A stretch of DNA of 63,941 bases, filler included. It is 6 parts of 6 records of this genome, joined end to end, with 100 filler letters (N's around TTAATTAATTAA, not from the genome) between each part and the next. Parts side by side here need not be neighbours in the genome. Positions count along the whole stretch, not along the records: positions 1 to 19,205 come from SRR31156797_2728; positions 19,306 to 33,764 come from SRR31156797_2731; 4 more parts are not named here. One strand, 5' to 3'. The notes beneath the pieces are model-generated. The model ran no database searches. It saw only the letters and a program-made list of their open reading frames with translations, and was not told where the DNA came from. The translations under genes and the position numbers were made by a program. Every line of letters starts with the position of its first letter. Position 1 is the first letter of the stretch. This document shows, piece by piece, positions 10,959-21,626 of the stretch.

Positions 10959-12222
10959 GACAGTACTCAAAAACGGCGTCAGGATCGTCTCGGAACGGTT
11001 GCCCCATCTCCGATCCGTTTCACTGGGGATATGGGTCAATACCGGTAGCCGGGACGAGGCGCCATTGGAAAACGGGGTCTCCCATTTTATTGAACATATG
11101 AGCTTCAAGGGGACCCGGAATCGCAGCGCTTTCGAGATCGCAAAAGACCTGGATGCCATCGGCGGCCTTTCGAACGCCTTTACCGGAAAAGAGACCACCT
11201 GTTTTTACGGGAGGGTTCTGGATCGGCACTTTCCGCTCTTGGCGGATATCCTGTCCGATATTTTTGTTCATCCGACCTTTCAGCCCGAGGATATGGAGCG
11301 TGAGCGGGAGGTGATCTTTCAGGAAATCAGTATGGTGGAAGATACCCCCGACGATTATCTTCATGTGCTTTTCCAGAGCCTTTTCTGGCCCGACCATCCC
11401 ATCGGTCGTTCGGTTCTGGGAAGCGTCGAAACCGTTGCCCGAATGGACCGGGAAATGATTCGAGAATATATCCGGAAATTTTATGTGCCTGAGCGGGTTC
11501 TCGTGGTAGCGGCCGGAAATGTGGATCACGAACAAATGGTTGAGTATTTCAGGCCGGTTTTTGAAGTGGACGGGGATTTTTCGGGAGATAATCCCCCAAG
11601 GAGTCAGCCCTTAACCGGCGGCGGCGTGCTGGTGAAGCATAAGGCGCTGGAACAGGTGCACTTCTGCCTGGGCAGTGAAGCACCCTGCCAGGTGGATGAA
11701 TCGCGATTTGCCTGTGCGCTCCTGAATACCATCCTGGGCGGCAACATGAGTTCCCGGCTTTTCCAGGAAATCAGGGAGAATCGGGGAATGGCCTATTCCG
11801 TCTATTCTTTTTTCTCTCCCTATGCGGATGCCGGCCTGCTTGGCGTTTATGCGGCCACCGATGCGCGGAACATGAATTCGGTTCTGGAAATCACCCAAAA
11901 TGAGATCCGAAAACTGGGCCGGGGAGAATTGACCCGGGATGATCTGGCGGCTGCCAAGGAAAATGTGATCGGCGGCATGTATCTGGCAAGCGAAAGTGCG
12001 GACAGCCAAATGATGCGGGCGGCCAAGAACGAGTTTGTTTTTGGAAGGCATGTAACTTATGAAGAGGTGGTGGCCGACATAGAGCGGGTGACTGTTGACC
12101 ATGTGGTGGAGATGGTGACCCGGGTTTTCGGACGTGATCCGATTGCGTTTGCCGCACTCGGGCCCGTAAGGGAAGAAGATGTCGATTTAGGATGCCTCGT
12201 CCTGTCCGGGAATGGGCATTGA
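10948..12222 (+). CDS. M16 (pitrilysin-family) zinc peptidase
   Basis: Inverted zinc motif HFIEH and SSRLFQEIRE; start moved to ATG 10948, overlapping the end of pnp. Confidence 0.92.
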   Translation: MHRKTVLKNGVRIVSERLPHLRSVSLGIWVNTGSRDEAPLENGVSHFIEHMSFKGTRNRSAFEIAKDLDAIGGLSNAFTGKETTCFYGRVLDRHFPLLADILSDIFVHPTFQPEDMEREREVIFQEISMVEDTPDDYLHVLFQSLFWPDHPIGRSVLGSVETVARMDREMIREYIRKFYVPERVLVVAAGNVDHEQMVEYFRPVFEVDGDFSGDNPPRSQPLTGGGVLVKHKALEQVHFCLGSEAPCQVDESRFACALLNTILGGNMSSRLFQEIRENRGMAYSVYSFFSPYADAGLLGVYAATDARNMNSVLEITQNEIRKLGRGELTRDDLAAAKENVIGGMYLASESADSQMMRAAKNEFVFGRHVTYEEVVADIERVTVDHVVEMVTRVFGRDPIAFAALGPVREEDVDLGCLVLSGNGH

Positions 12223-12240
12223 TCATTCGAGAGGTTCCCA

Positions 12241-12702
12241 TTGGATTCCATTTCCGTAAAGATAAAAATCTGTAATCCCGCTTTGGCAAAAGGAGGATTT
12301 CCACTTCCCGCCTACGCCTCGGAAGGGGCTTCCGGCATGGATATTCGGGCTTGCGTTGAAGCGCCCGTTACCCTTGACCCGGGTCGCATAAAACTGATTC
12401 CCACCGGCCTGGCCCTGTCCATACCCCTTGGCTATGAAGTGCAGATCCGTCCGCGAAGCGGCCTGGCCCTCAAACACGGCATCGGCATGGTCAATTCTCC
12501 GGGTACCATCGATTCCGATTACAGGGGTGAGATCGGTATTATCCTCATCAACTGGGGGGTGGCGCCTTTTGTGGTCAGGATGGGGGATCGCATAGCTCAG
12601 ATGGTGTTGTCAAAGGTATATCGGGCCGACTTTCAGAGCGTCGAAGCGCTGGATGGGACCAAAAGGGGAGAAGGAGGGTTCGGCCACAGTGGGGTTCAAT
12701 GA
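12241..12702 (+). CDS. dut: dUTP diphosphatase
   Basis: [17 protein letters not shown] and [10 protein letters not shown] motifs. Confidence 0.96.
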   Translation: MDSISVKIKICNPALAKGGFPLPAYASEGASGMDIRACVEAPVTLDPGRIKLIPTGLALSIPLGYEVQIRPRSGLALKHGIGMVNSPGTIDSDYRGEIGIILINWGVAPFVVRMGDRIAQMVLSKVYRADFQSVEALDGTKRGEGGFGHSGVQ

Positions 12703-12711
12703 ACAAAAACA

Positions 12712-13485
12712 ATGAAATTCTCCATCCTCTCTTCCGGCAGCCGTGGGAATGCCTGTTATATTGAAACCGGAAACGCCGCAATTCTGGTGGATGCGGGCCT
12801 GAGCGGTATAGAGATCGAACGGCGTCTGGCCTCTGTGGGGGGGTCCCCCGAAAGTCTCGATGCCATTGTGGTGACCCATGAACATTCCGACCATATCAAG
12901 GGTGTGGGGGTTCTGGCCCGACGGTTCAATCTCCCTGTCTACGCCAATTCCGAGACCCTGAAACGCGGTGAAAAGGCCCTTGGAAAACTTCCTTCCGTTA
13001 TTCCCGTTCAAACCGGTGAAACCCTCAAAATCAACCATCTCTCCCTGGAGACCTTTACCAAATGCCATGATGCGGCGGATCCCATGGGTCTGGTGATCTC
13101 CAGTAATGGTGCGAGGATCGGTCTTGTCACGGATATGGGGCGAAGCACGCGACTGGCGGAAGACCGCTTAAGGGCGTGCACCGCCTTGATCATGGAATTC
13201 AACTATGATCCCACCATGCTCAGTGAAGGGCCTTACCCGTTGGATCTCAAGCGAAGGATCAATAGCAGTGAAGGGCACCTTTCCAACGAACAGGCCGGCG
13301 AACTTCTTGAAACCGTCTCCCATTGCGATCTGAAATGGGTCGCTCTGGCACATATCAGTGAGACCAACAATGACGCCGCCAAAGCGTTTCACGCAGCCGA
13401 AACCGCCCTGAACCGGTGCGGGTTGAAGGAGACCCGGATTTTGATCGGAAAACAGGATGAAGCCTCGCCCCTCATTGAAATATGA
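12712..13485 (+). CDS. MBL-fold metallohydrolase (YycJ-like)
   Basis: SGSRGN, THEHSDH, HDA, GHLSN and HISETNN motifs. Confidence 0.9.
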   Translation: MKFSILSSGSRGNACYIETGNAAILVDAGLSGIEIERRLASVGGSPESLDAIVVTHEHSDHIKGVGVLARRFNLPVYANSETLKRGEKALGKLPSVIPVQTGETLKINHLSLETFTKCHDAADPMGLVISSNGARIGLVTDMGRSTRLAEDRLRACTALIMEFNYDPTMLSEGPYPLDLKRRINSSEGHLSNEQAGELLETVSHCDLKWVALAHISETNNDAAKAFHAAETALNRCGLKETRILIGKQDEASPLIEI

Positions 13486-13543
13486 GTGACGGTTACCGGT
13501 TACAAATACGAATTCGGGTGTTCATCATTCTTTGGAGCAACCC

Positions 13544-15034
13544 ATGAAAAAGACGCTGGCCCTTGTGGCCATATCCTGGCTTTTTGTCTCCGCCTCCGTT
13601 GCTGTCGCGCAAAAGGCCACCATCATCTACCAAAATGACCTGCATGGATGGCTTTTTCCGTCATCCAGCCGGGTCGGCATGGCTGAGATGGCAGGAATTC
13701 TCGTGCCCCTGTTTAAAAAAAATCCCAATGCCTTTTACGCCGTGAGCGGGGATCTTTTCACCGGGCCCGATTTCACGCCCCAAATGAAGGGGGTTTTGGA
13801 ATTGCGCATGTGGAATCATTTCTGGAAACATCTTGCGAACAACGGTTTCGGCGACAGGGTGTTGATTTCCGCAGGGAACCATGATTTTGACTACGGTGTT
13901 CCGGCGCCCCATGCCTTTTGGTCGGGACTTTTGTGCGCCAACCTGGTTAATGCCCGTAATCAACCCTATTATGTTCCTTACCGTGTGGTTCAGTGTACTT
14001 CCGGTTTGCGGGTCGGTTTTGTGGGTTTGCTTTTAACAGGGGATCGTCATGTGCTGGACGTCGTAAACGGCAAACATCTCAAGGTGATTCCCATGCTGGA
14101 CGCGCTTTTAAAAGTGATTCCGGAAATGGGAAAGTTGGATCTGACCGTCCTCATGGTGCATGAGTATATGCACCATATCCTGAAGCTGGCACAAGTCCTT
14201 CCTTCGCGACTGGGTGTGGATATTATCCTGAGCGGTCACAACCACATGCTCCTTGAACGTCCCCTTATTCAAAACGGCATCCATATTTTTCAAGCGGGCG
14301 CCATGAACGGGTATTACGGACGGGCGGATATCCGGATGGAAAACGGCGCTGTTATATCCGTTAAAAACAGCATTGTCCCGTTGGTGCCTTCCCAACTTGC
14401 CCATGTGGTCATGCAGGTCAAAGAGGAGGCTGATTCGCGGAAAGGGTCCCCGGTGGCGGTTTTGAAGCAATCTCTTTTGGGGGCGTGTTTTCCGGGCCGT
14501 GAAAACAGCGTGGGGGATTTCGCCGCCGATGCCTATCGGTGGGCCACCAAGACTGATGTGGCCATGACCAACAGCGCTTCTTTGCGGATGGATTTCAGGG
14601 TCTATCCCGGGGAGTCCCGGCTGCTTCATGAAGGGGATTTTAAGATGCTGAATCCCTTTGGGGATCATCTGGTGACCGGTGAGGTTTCCGGCCGGCGGAT
14701 TCGGGAGATTCTTGAAGGGGATGCCATCCGATTTCACAACCAGGTATCGGGAATCCGATACAAGGTGGACCGGAAAAGGGCGGCTGGAAAAAGGGTGTTT
14801 GACATCAAGATCGACGGTAGACCCCTTCAGCTTGACCGCCGGTATACCTTGACGCACAATGCTTATTGTGCCATGCCTCAGAATATGGAAAAGTATCTTC
14901 ACATAAAACCGGGATCGGTGGCTTGGAAGAAGACCTCTTTTTTATGCCACCAGGTGTTGGCCGATTACGCGAAGCATCTTAAAACCATCGATTATCCCAG
15001 TGATGGGGACGGTCGCATAGAGGTTATTCCTTAA
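13544..15034 (+). CDS. secreted bifunctional metallophosphatase/5'-nucleotidase
   Basis: Signal peptide MKKTLALVAISWLF; NDLHG, GD, GNHDFD and GHNH metal motifs; 5'-nucleotidase C-domain (QVSGIRY). Confidence 0.85.
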   Translation: MKKTLALVAISWLFVSASVAVAQKATIIYQNDLHGWLFPSSSRVGMAEMAGILVPLFKKNPNAFYAVSGDLFTGPDFTPQMKGVLELRMWNHFWKHLANNGFGDRVLISAGNHDFDYGVPAPHAFWSGLLCANLVNARNQPYYVPYRVVQCTSGLRVGFVGLLLTGDRHVLDVVNGKHLKVIPMLDALLKVIPEMGKLDLTVLMVHEYMHHILKLAQVLPSRLGVDIILSGHNHMLLERPLIQNGIHIFQAGAMNGYYGRADIRMENGAVISVKNSIVPLVPSQLAHVVMQVKEEADSRKGSPVAVLKQSLLGACFPGRENSVGDFAADAYRWATKTDVAMTNSASLRMDFRVYPGESRLLHEGDFKMLNPFGDHLVTGEVSGRRIREILEGDAIRFHNQVSGIRYKVDRKRAAGKRVFDIKIDGRPLQLDRRYTLTHNAYCAMPQNMEKYLHIKPGSVAWKKTSFLCHQVLADYAKHLKTIDYPSDGDGRIEVIP

Positions 15035-15035
15035 A

Positions 15036-15530
15036 ATGGCAGAACATGGCAAAAAGGCTCATGCGGTCTTAAAGGACCCACCCCTTCATGTGGTCCTTTA
15101 TCAGCCGGAGATCCCCGCCAATACCGGGAATATCGCCAGGCTTTGCGGCGCGGCAAAAATGAGGCTTCACCTGATCCACCCCTTGGGGTTCAGTGTGGAC
15201 GACAAGCATCTCAAGCGGGCCGGGCTCGATTACTGGCCCGAGATAGACGTGCGGCATCATCAGGATTTCAATGCCTTTCTGAGCAGTATGACTGAAAGCT
15301 CTCGACTGCTCTGCTTCAGCCGTCATGCCGAGACGGTGTACCCTCAGGCAAAGGCGACGCACGGGGATTACCTGTTGTTCGGGCGTGAAACCCTTGGTCT
15401 GCCGTTGCAAGTGCGGAACACCTATCCCTGTTACCGGGTACCCATCTGGGGGAAGGTTCGCAGTTTGAATCTCTCCACCACCGTGGGCATTGTGTCCTAT
15501 CATTACCTTCACACTCTGGGCCTCTTCTGA
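15036..15530 (+). CDS. trmL: tRNA (cytidine/uridine-34 2'-O)-methyltransferase, SpoU family
   Basis: PEIPANTGNIARLC, RAGLDYW, FGRET and RSLNLS motifs. Confidence 0.93.
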   Translation: MAEHGKKAHAVLKDPPLHVVLYQPEIPANTGNIARLCGAAKMRLHLIHPLGFSVDDKHLKRAGLDYWPEIDVRHHQDFNAFLSSMTESSRLLCFSRHAETVYPQAKATHGDYLLFGRETLGLPLQVRNTYPCYRVPIWGKVRSLNLSTTVGIVSYHYLHTLGLF

Positions 15531-15595
15531 TAACATCTCAAACAACATTTCGAATAAGAACCTCAGCACATTCCTTAAACGGCTTCCGATTGATA

Positions 15596-17191
15596 TCACC
15601 GGCGCGACCGCTTCTGTTTAATTCCGATGATGAACTGGTTACGAAGGGTTTTCATATAATTCAGATGATTTTCAGGGATTGGATCGCCTTCATCTTCCCG
15701 GTCCGCATAGAGAAATCCCAAACATATTTTATCAATGAAAATCGGATAAATAATAAAAGATGGAGCGTTGACGGTTTTGCGATACCATTCAGGAATTCGG
15801 GATCTTGTTTGGGCAGCGTTTGAATCACCGATTCTGAAATCCTGATTTCGTGTCACAGCCAGATTGAAAACGTCTGGGGCCTTGGATACCCTGAATCCGA
15901 AAGTCCCCAGCAAACGCTTGATATCTTTGCCCAGGCCGAACCGTGCCGTTATCCACGGTTTCTTGGGTGATGTCATGCAGAATATGGCCCGGTCAAATGC
16001 GAATCCCCGATATACGATTTCAACAATCATGGCAATCAAATCATTGAGCTCATAATCCTCTGCAAGGGTGTTGGTGATCTCTTGAATCCCATTAATGATG
16101 ATGCTCTCCAGCTCGGGGGTATAAGGGCCATTGCTTTTAGCAGCCGATGTTTCAGGTAAAACATCAGGCGTGGAATCTTTCGAATTGGCGTTATCCTCTT
16201 CAGCAAGGGAAGGATCGACTTCGGACGACATGCTCCCATCTCGGTTTCCCGGCCCGAACATCATTTTTTGAACAAGGGAACCGCTGGGGATGTTCAATAT
16301 GCTTGCCAATTTCTTCACTTCAGGCATTGTTGAATCCAGCAATTCTTGCAGCTGCTTACTGGATATGGGAACGATTTTCTCGAACTTTCTGGACAGTATT
16401 TTAAATGCTCTGTTCCGTTCGTCTTTCGGTGTGAGCCTGATAATTTCACAGATTCTATTTGAAAAATTCGATACCCCGCGCAGAATGTCAATTTCAGATT
16501 GGGGCTCTTTCACCTCTTCATCCCCAAAGGGCATCATGCTTTTTGTAATTTTGTCTGAAAAATTCCACTCTTTAGCAATCTCCATACCCAGTTCATGATA
16601 GGATTTACCCAGGACATCCCTTGACGCTGTTGATTCGTCCAGCCCTTTTCGCGCCATTTCCCGCTTTATCACCTCATGTTCACTCTGCAGGTGAAGCATT
16701 ACCAGGTGACGTCCCAAGTTGTGAAGCATGGCGCATATGGAAGCATCCTCGGCATCAATTTTCAGCGTTTCAGCTAATTTCCTGGCAAAAAGGCCGCCCA
16801 TGAAAGAATTTACCGCAGCCTCCTTAAGCTCATCCGTACCGGCGTTGCCACGGAAATGCTCGAAAAGGAGCAGGCTTGTTGCCGCGATGCGAACTTGTTC
16901 GAACCCCAATAAAACAACTGCCCTGGAAACCGTCGTTACCGGTCTTCTGCCGCTTGCGTAAAAGGAAGAATTGACCTGTTTGAGCAGGCGGGTGGTTAAT
17001 GCATAGTCTTTCAAAACCAGGTTGGCAATTTCCGATGCTGAAAAGTTTTTATCTCTTGAAGACAACTTGCGGTTGATTGCTGATACATTCTTTGAAATGG
17101 CAGGGAAACCTTTGCTGCGACTCATACGGCGGAGGATAAAATCCACCGTGCTGTGCCTGCTTGTTGTCGGTGATTCTGTAGATTTTTCCAT
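15596..17191 (-). CDS. HDOD-domain signalling protein with C-terminal GAF-like region
   Basis: DYALTTRLLKQVNS, TVSRAVVLLG, MLHNLGR and ELGMEIAKEWNF; C-terminal GFLYAD. Confidence 0.8.
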   Translation of the reverse strand: MEKSTESPTTSRHSTVDFILRRMSRSKGFPAISKNVSAINRKLSSRDKNFSASEIANLVLKDYALTTRLLKQVNSSFYASGRRPVTTVSRAVVLLGFEQVRIAATSLLLFEHFRGNAGTDELKEAAVNSFMGGLFARKLAETLKIDAEDASICAMLHNLGRHLVMLHLQSEHEVIKREMARKGLDESTASRDVLGKSYHELGMEIAKEWNFSDKITKSMMPFGDEEVKEPQSEIDILRGVSNFSNRICEIIRLTPKDERNRAFKILSRKFEKIVPISSKQLQELLDSTMPEVKKLASILNIPSGSLVQKMMFGPGNRDGSMSSEVDPSLAEEDNANSKDSTPDVLPETSAAKSNGPYTPELESIIINGIQEITNTLAEDYELNDLIAMIVEIVYRGFAFDRAIFCMTSPKKPWITARFGLGKDIKRLLGTFGFRVSKAPDVFNLAVTRNQDFRIGDSNAAQTRSRIPEWYRKTVNAPSFIIYPIFIDKICLGFLYADREDEGDPIPENHLNYMKTLRNQFIIGIKQKRSRR

Positions 17192-17564
17192 AGACCCAAA
17201 TAATCCAAACTCGATTCTCTGTACATCTCCCTATCAGGAGAAGCGCAAATGTGACAAGATAATCGTAACATTTCTAGCCTCAAAGCGTAACACCTAAAAT
17301 CTGTATCGAATATTTTCTAAGACGGGCTGTACCCGTAACCCAAAAGGATGGTATTCAGTTTAAGAACACAAGGTAAATACCCAGAACAAGCAGGGTCTCA
17401 AAGCTGAGAAGTGAGGATGGCGACCGGTGCATATGTGCTCAATGGGCCTTGACCTGAATCAGCACTTGACCTGACTATTTATGAAGGTTACACTTTTGAC
17501 GTCCATTAGGCAGCGGTTGCATGTACACCGCGCGATTTTCCTTTACCGGAATTCATTTTCCAAC

Positions 17565-17880
17565 GGACCCGCCACGCCGCGGATGGCTGCCTTGATGGTG
17601 CGCGGGGGGGCGTGGGTTTGATCATCACCGGGCACGCCTATGTTCACCCCCATGGTCGGCACCAACCGCGACAGCTCGGAATTGACGGGGATGAACCCAT
17701 GCCGGGCCTTCAATCCATGACGGATGCGGTTCATGACAATGGGGGAAATATCGCCGTACAGCTTGGGCATGGCGGCGCTTACCTCTCAAAATCCCGTGTG
17801 AGGGAGATGACCGCCAGGGATATCCGGGTCCTGGTTGCGGCCTACGGGCATGCGGCGGAGAGGGCCAAAAGGGCCGGTTC
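17565..17880 (+). pseudogene. fragment of NADH:flavin oxidoreductase (Old Yellow Enzyme family)
   Basis: ARGGVGLIITGHAYV...QLGHGG...EMTARDI...AAERAKRAG, then homology stops before the expected FDGVQ/HxxHGYL; upstream GPATPRMAALMV is in another frame. Confidence 0.75.
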
Positions 17881-17925
17881 CTCATGGAACTTTTTCGGAA
17901 ATTGCCCAAAAGAGAGAGGATAATT

Positions 17926-19005
17926 GTGAAAAGCAGGAATGGTTCCCGTCTTGTGCGTTTTGTCCTGTGCGTCTTCCTGATGGGTTGCGCTGCCGGCTGC
18001 CAATACTCGCGGAACCGTTCCTGTTCCGAAGTTGAATTGCATTCGCCGGTGACGCTTGGTGATGTGCGGCGCGCTCACCATGCCTTGGAGGGGGTAGCCC
18101 TTCACACGCCGCTCATTGAGGAAACGGCTTTGAGCGGGATATGCGGCGGGAGAGTCTTTCTGAAGTTGGAAAACCTGCAATATACGGGTTCTTTCAAAGT
18201 GCGCGGCGCTTTTAATAAGATTGCCGGTCTTTCAAATGCCCAACGCGCCAAAGGCGTTATCACCGCAAGCGCGGGCAATCACGCCCAGGGCGTTGCCAAA
18301 GCCGCGAATGCGTTCAAAATCCCCGCGGTCATCGTTATGCCGGAGACGGTCCCCAAGACCAAATTACAGGCCACCAAAGCATATGGGGCGCAAGTAATTC
18401 TGCATGGAAAGGTTTTCGATGAATCCCTTGCCAAGGCCCTGGAAATCCGGCAGAAGACCGGGGCTGTCTTTGTTCACCCCTTTGACGACCCGATGACAAT
18501 TGCCGGACAGGGAACCATCGGGTTGGAAATACTGGAAGATTTTCCGGATGCCGATGTCATTCTGGTTCCGGTTGGCGGCGGCGGACTCATCTCGGGAATC
18601 GCCGTGGCCGTCAAGGGCATTCGGCCTTCAACACTTGTTATCGGGGTGGAACCCGAAAACGCGCCATCCATGTCGGAGGCCCTCAAGCGGGACGGACCCA
18701 TTCCGGTCCGGGTTGTCCCCACCATTGCCGAAGGGACGGCGGTCAGCAAGGTCGGAGATATAACCCACATCATCGTGCGGGAATTCATAGACGAACTGAT
18801 CACGGTTTCGGAGGATGAGATTTTCGAAGCCATGTTGCTGCTCCTTATGGCGGATAAGGTGTTAACCGAGGGTGCCGGCGCCTTGGGCGCCGCCGCGTTG
18901 CTTTCCGGAAAACTGGATGTGAAAGGGAAGAAGGTTGTGATCGTGGTTTCAGGCGGCAATATTGATCCGGAAGAGCTTAAGGCGCTGCTTGCGCAAAACC
19001 GCTAA
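17926..19005 (+). CDS. PLP-dependent threonine/serine ammonia-lyase (no ACT domain) with putative lipoprotein signal peptide
   Basis: KLENLQYTGSFKVRGA, SAGNHAQG, PVGGGGL and SGGN motifs; GAGGA RBS precedes GTG 17926. Confidence 0.88.
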   Translation: MKSRNGSRLVRFVLCVFLMGCAAGCQYSRNRSCSEVELHSPVTLGDVRRAHHALEGVALHTPLIEETALSGICGGRVFLKLENLQYTGSFKVRGAFNKIAGLSNAQRAKGVITASAGNHAQGVAKAANAFKIPAVIVMPETVPKTKLQATKAYGAQVILHGKVFDESLAKALEIRQKTGAVFVHPFDDPMTIAGQGTIGLEILEDFPDADVILVPVGGGGLISGIAVAVKGIRPSTLVIGVEPENAPSMSEALKRDGPIPVRVVPTIAEGTAVSKVGDITHIIVREFIDELITVSEDEIFEAMLLLLMADKVLTEGAGALGAAALLSGKLDVKGKKVVIVVSGGNIDPEELKALLAQNR

Positions 19006-19057
19006 CCCTTAAACACCCACCCACACGCTATTCTAGATATGGACAGTTAAGTGAAAT

Positions 19058-19086
19058 TTGACACCATGATCCTGAAGCCATATACT
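19058..19086 (+). promoter_or_regulatory. sigma70-type promoter facing the contig end
   Basis: TTGACA-17 nt-TATACT. Confidence 0.6.
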
Positions 19087-19205
19087 CATTCGTGATACAG
19101 CGAAATATCTTTTTTATCCGGAAAACCCATGTCGCGGTGTGCTCCGTTAAGTCTCGATTGACCCATTTCCCTTTATTACCGCCGCCAATGGAAGACAAGT
19201 AAAAT

Positions 19206-19305
19206 NNNNNNNNNNNNNNNNNNNNNNNNNNNNNNNNNNNNNNNNNNNNTTAATTAATTAANNNNNNNNNNNNNNNNNNNNNNNNNNNNNNNNNNNNNNN
19301 NNNNN
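19206..19305. other. artificial contig spacer
   Basis: N-run + TTAATTAATTAA (stops in all frames) + N-run; composition changes sharply across it. Confidence 0.99.
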
Positions 19306-19893
19306 ATCGGCATTACAAACCACATATTTCTGATCAGCGTCGTTCCTAGAAGCAAATTCCCACTTCAATCCAGTTGGGAAACCTCCTCCACCTCGTCCGC
19401 GTAGACCAGATTCTTTAATTTCATTAATTACTGATTGAGGAGTCATCTCAGCCAAACATTTTCCTAATGCAGCATACCCATTAGTTCCGATGTACTCATC
19501 GATATTTTCAGGATTGATAAAACCACAGTTACGAAGAGCTATACGAATTTGCTTTTTATAAAAGCCCATATGTTTTGAATCACTCACCACTTCTTTTTTA
19601 TCAGGATCTGTGTAAAGTAAACGCATTACTTTACGACCTTTGATAATGTGCTCTTCGATAATTTCTTCAGCATCTTCAGGCTTCACTTCAATGTAGAAAG
19701 TGTTATCTGGCAGAATCTTAACGATAGGACCTTTTTCACAAAAGCCAAAGCAACCAGTCATTACCACCTGAACTTCTTCTTCAAGCCCTTTAGCTTTTAG
19801 AGCGTCCTGTAGATTATTTTGAATAGCCTCACTTGCAGATGCACGACATCCTGTACCTCCACAAATAAGAATATGCATTTTATACTTTTCCAT
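19306..19893 (-). CDS. NADH-binding (NuoF/HydB/HndC-like) subunit of a multimeric [FeFe]-hydrogenase, 3' truncated
   Basis: N-terminal 2Fe-2S thioredoxin-like CGGTGC...[23 protein letters not shown] and VVCNAD motifs. Confidence 0.9.
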
Positions 19894-19913
19894 AATTGCA
19901 GTTTCTTTTACGT

Positions 19914-20309
19914 TTAGTTGTCAATAGTTTTGTAGTTAACAGGAATTATGCCATCTACCAATTCGCCTAACTTGATATATTTTTCTACAATCTCATCAGC
20001 TTTTTTAAGATCAACATCTCCAAATACAACAGGTTCTTTGCCTGGCATTGTTACTTCAATAGTAGGTTCAGCATAACAGTAACCCATACATCCTGTCTGA
20101 GTCACAATAGTTTGAATACCTCTTTTTGAAGTTTCATCAATAAGAAACTCCATCACCTCTTTAGCTCCTGATGCGATACCACAAGTTGCCATAGCAACTT
20201 TAATTTGCACCTGGCTCTCCGGATCGTTGCTCTTCTCCCTAAGATCCATTTTTTTATGCAGCTCTTCTTTGATTCTTTTCAGATCTGCAAGGGATTTAAC
20301 TTTTGCCAT
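19914..20309 (-). CDS. thioredoxin-like [2Fe-2S] ferredoxin subunit (HndB/HydD-like)
   Basis: [10 protein letters not shown]...[11 protein letters not shown]. Confidence 0.85.
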   Translation of the reverse strand: MAKVKSLADLKRIKEELHKKMDLREKSNDPESQVQIKVAMATCGIASGAKEVMEFLIDETSKRGIQTIVTQTGCMGYCYAEPTIEVTMPGKEPVVFGDVDLKKADEIVEKYIKLGELVDGIIPVNYKTIDN

Positions 20310-20339
20310 AATCTCAAATTATTAAAGGTTATAATTTAT

Positions 20340-20879
20340 TTATATTAACGTGTTTAGGTTCTCATTAATCATTTCTTTCAGGTATTTCATAATTTCAGGA
20401 TCCGAAACCGAAACGCCATCCAAAATTTCTTTTACTTCTTTTGTATCAAAAATATATTCTCCATTATCGGTTATATGTCGATACAAAAAATCCATTTCAG
20501 GATTTGCTCCAACAAGCAAAACCATTATCCCAGCTATATCACCTAATGAAGGACGATCCAAATGTGAATGTGAGAAAACAGCTTTCAAAATTGTTCCCAC
20601 TCCTTCTACCGATGATAATTTCATACTTCCTCCTGTTTGCTCTGCATTTTGTTTTAACAAAGACAAACCCAAACCAACCTTACGAGTTGTTCTGGTGGTA
20701 AAAAAAGGATCAGTAACTTTAGCCAATAACTCTTCAGACATACCAAATCCATCATCCTTAATCGATATTGAAAACAGATCGTCTTTTTGACTTTCAACAA
20801 TTTCCAATTCAACCAAAGATGCTTCGGCTCTAACCGAATTTTGGATGATATCCATTATATGCATTGACAAATCTTTCAT
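20340..20879 (-). CDS. HATPase_c (histidine-kinase-like ATPase) protein
   Basis: DIIQNSVRA, DDGFGM and DPFFTTRTTRKVGLGL motifs. Confidence 0.85.
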   Translation of the reverse strand: MKDLSMHIMDIIQNSVRAEASLVELEIVESQKDDLFSISIKDDGFGMSEELLAKVTDPFFTTRTTRKVGLGLSLLKQNAEQTGGSMKLSSVEGVGTILKAVFSHSHLDRPSLGDIAGIMVLLVGANPEMDFLYRHITDNGEYIFDTKEVKEILDGVSVSDPEIMKYLKEMINENLNTLI

Positions 20880-21619
20880 TTTTCTAATTCTGTTTTTCGA
20901 TCATTTTCAGATCTTAACGCTTTTCTAACCTCCTCGAAACTTAATCCTTCCATAAAGAAGTTGGTCCAAGCATTTCCAATATTTTCTATATAATGTGCAT
21001 CTGAACTTTGTATAAAATTGTAATTTTTCAGATACTTATTCTTTTTTAAAAATTCGCTCTTTGTGGTGTGAAGAGATATCTCCAAAGCATCAACATTTAA
21101 ATCGGGTGGTAAAAATCCCAACTGACTGATGATACTATTCATCGTTTTATTGATATGTGCTGGAATAAACAAACCACTTAGAGAATGTACTTTCTGTTCA
21201 ATCTCTTCAATACTTTGAGTCAATCCAGAAATCAGTAAACAACCAACCTCATCAACAATCTCCTCATTTTCGTTTACCACTACCTGATAACCAAACTTAT
21301 CAGAATCGTTAGGTATGTTAGGCAAATGATCATCCAAATACTTCTGAAAAACTGACAGTTGTTCTTCATTCTCAAAAAAACACAAACAATGAACTTCTTC
21401 TTTGGTTGTTACCTCAGCTCCCATCAAAACCATAATTCCTTCCTTTGCCGCCAATTCTTTAATTAAAGGTGCATGCAAAGTTGAATTGTGATCTGTTATT
21501 CCCAAAATGTCAATTCCACGTTCCTTAGCTATTCGAACAATATTTACCGGACTCATCTCCAAATCACCACAGGGAGATAAAACAGTATGCGTATGCAAAT
21601 CTGCCCGGAATTTTTTCAT
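20876..21619 (-). CDS. PHP-domain phosphoesterase
   Basis: DLHTHTVLSPC, ITDHN, PAHI and SSDAH motifs. Confidence 0.9.
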   Translation of the reverse strand: MKKFRADLHTHTVLSPCGDLEMSPVNIVRIAKERGIDILGITDHNSTLHAPLIKELAAKEGIMVLMGAEVTTKEEVHCLCFFENEEQLSVFQKYLDDHLPNIPNDSDKFGYQVVVNENEEIVDEVGCLLISGLTQSIEEIEQKVHSLSGLFIPAHINKTMNSIISQLGFLPPDLNVDALEISLHTTKSEFLKKNKYLKNYNFIQSSDAHYIENIGNAWTNFFMEGLSFEEVRKALRSENDRKTELEK

Positions 21620-21626
21620 TCTCTTA

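Noticed and set aside
19250-19261. Repeated TTAATTAATTAA palindrome (five copies in the window) as a biological repeat
   Set aside because: Always embedded in N-runs; it is an artificial all-frame stop linker
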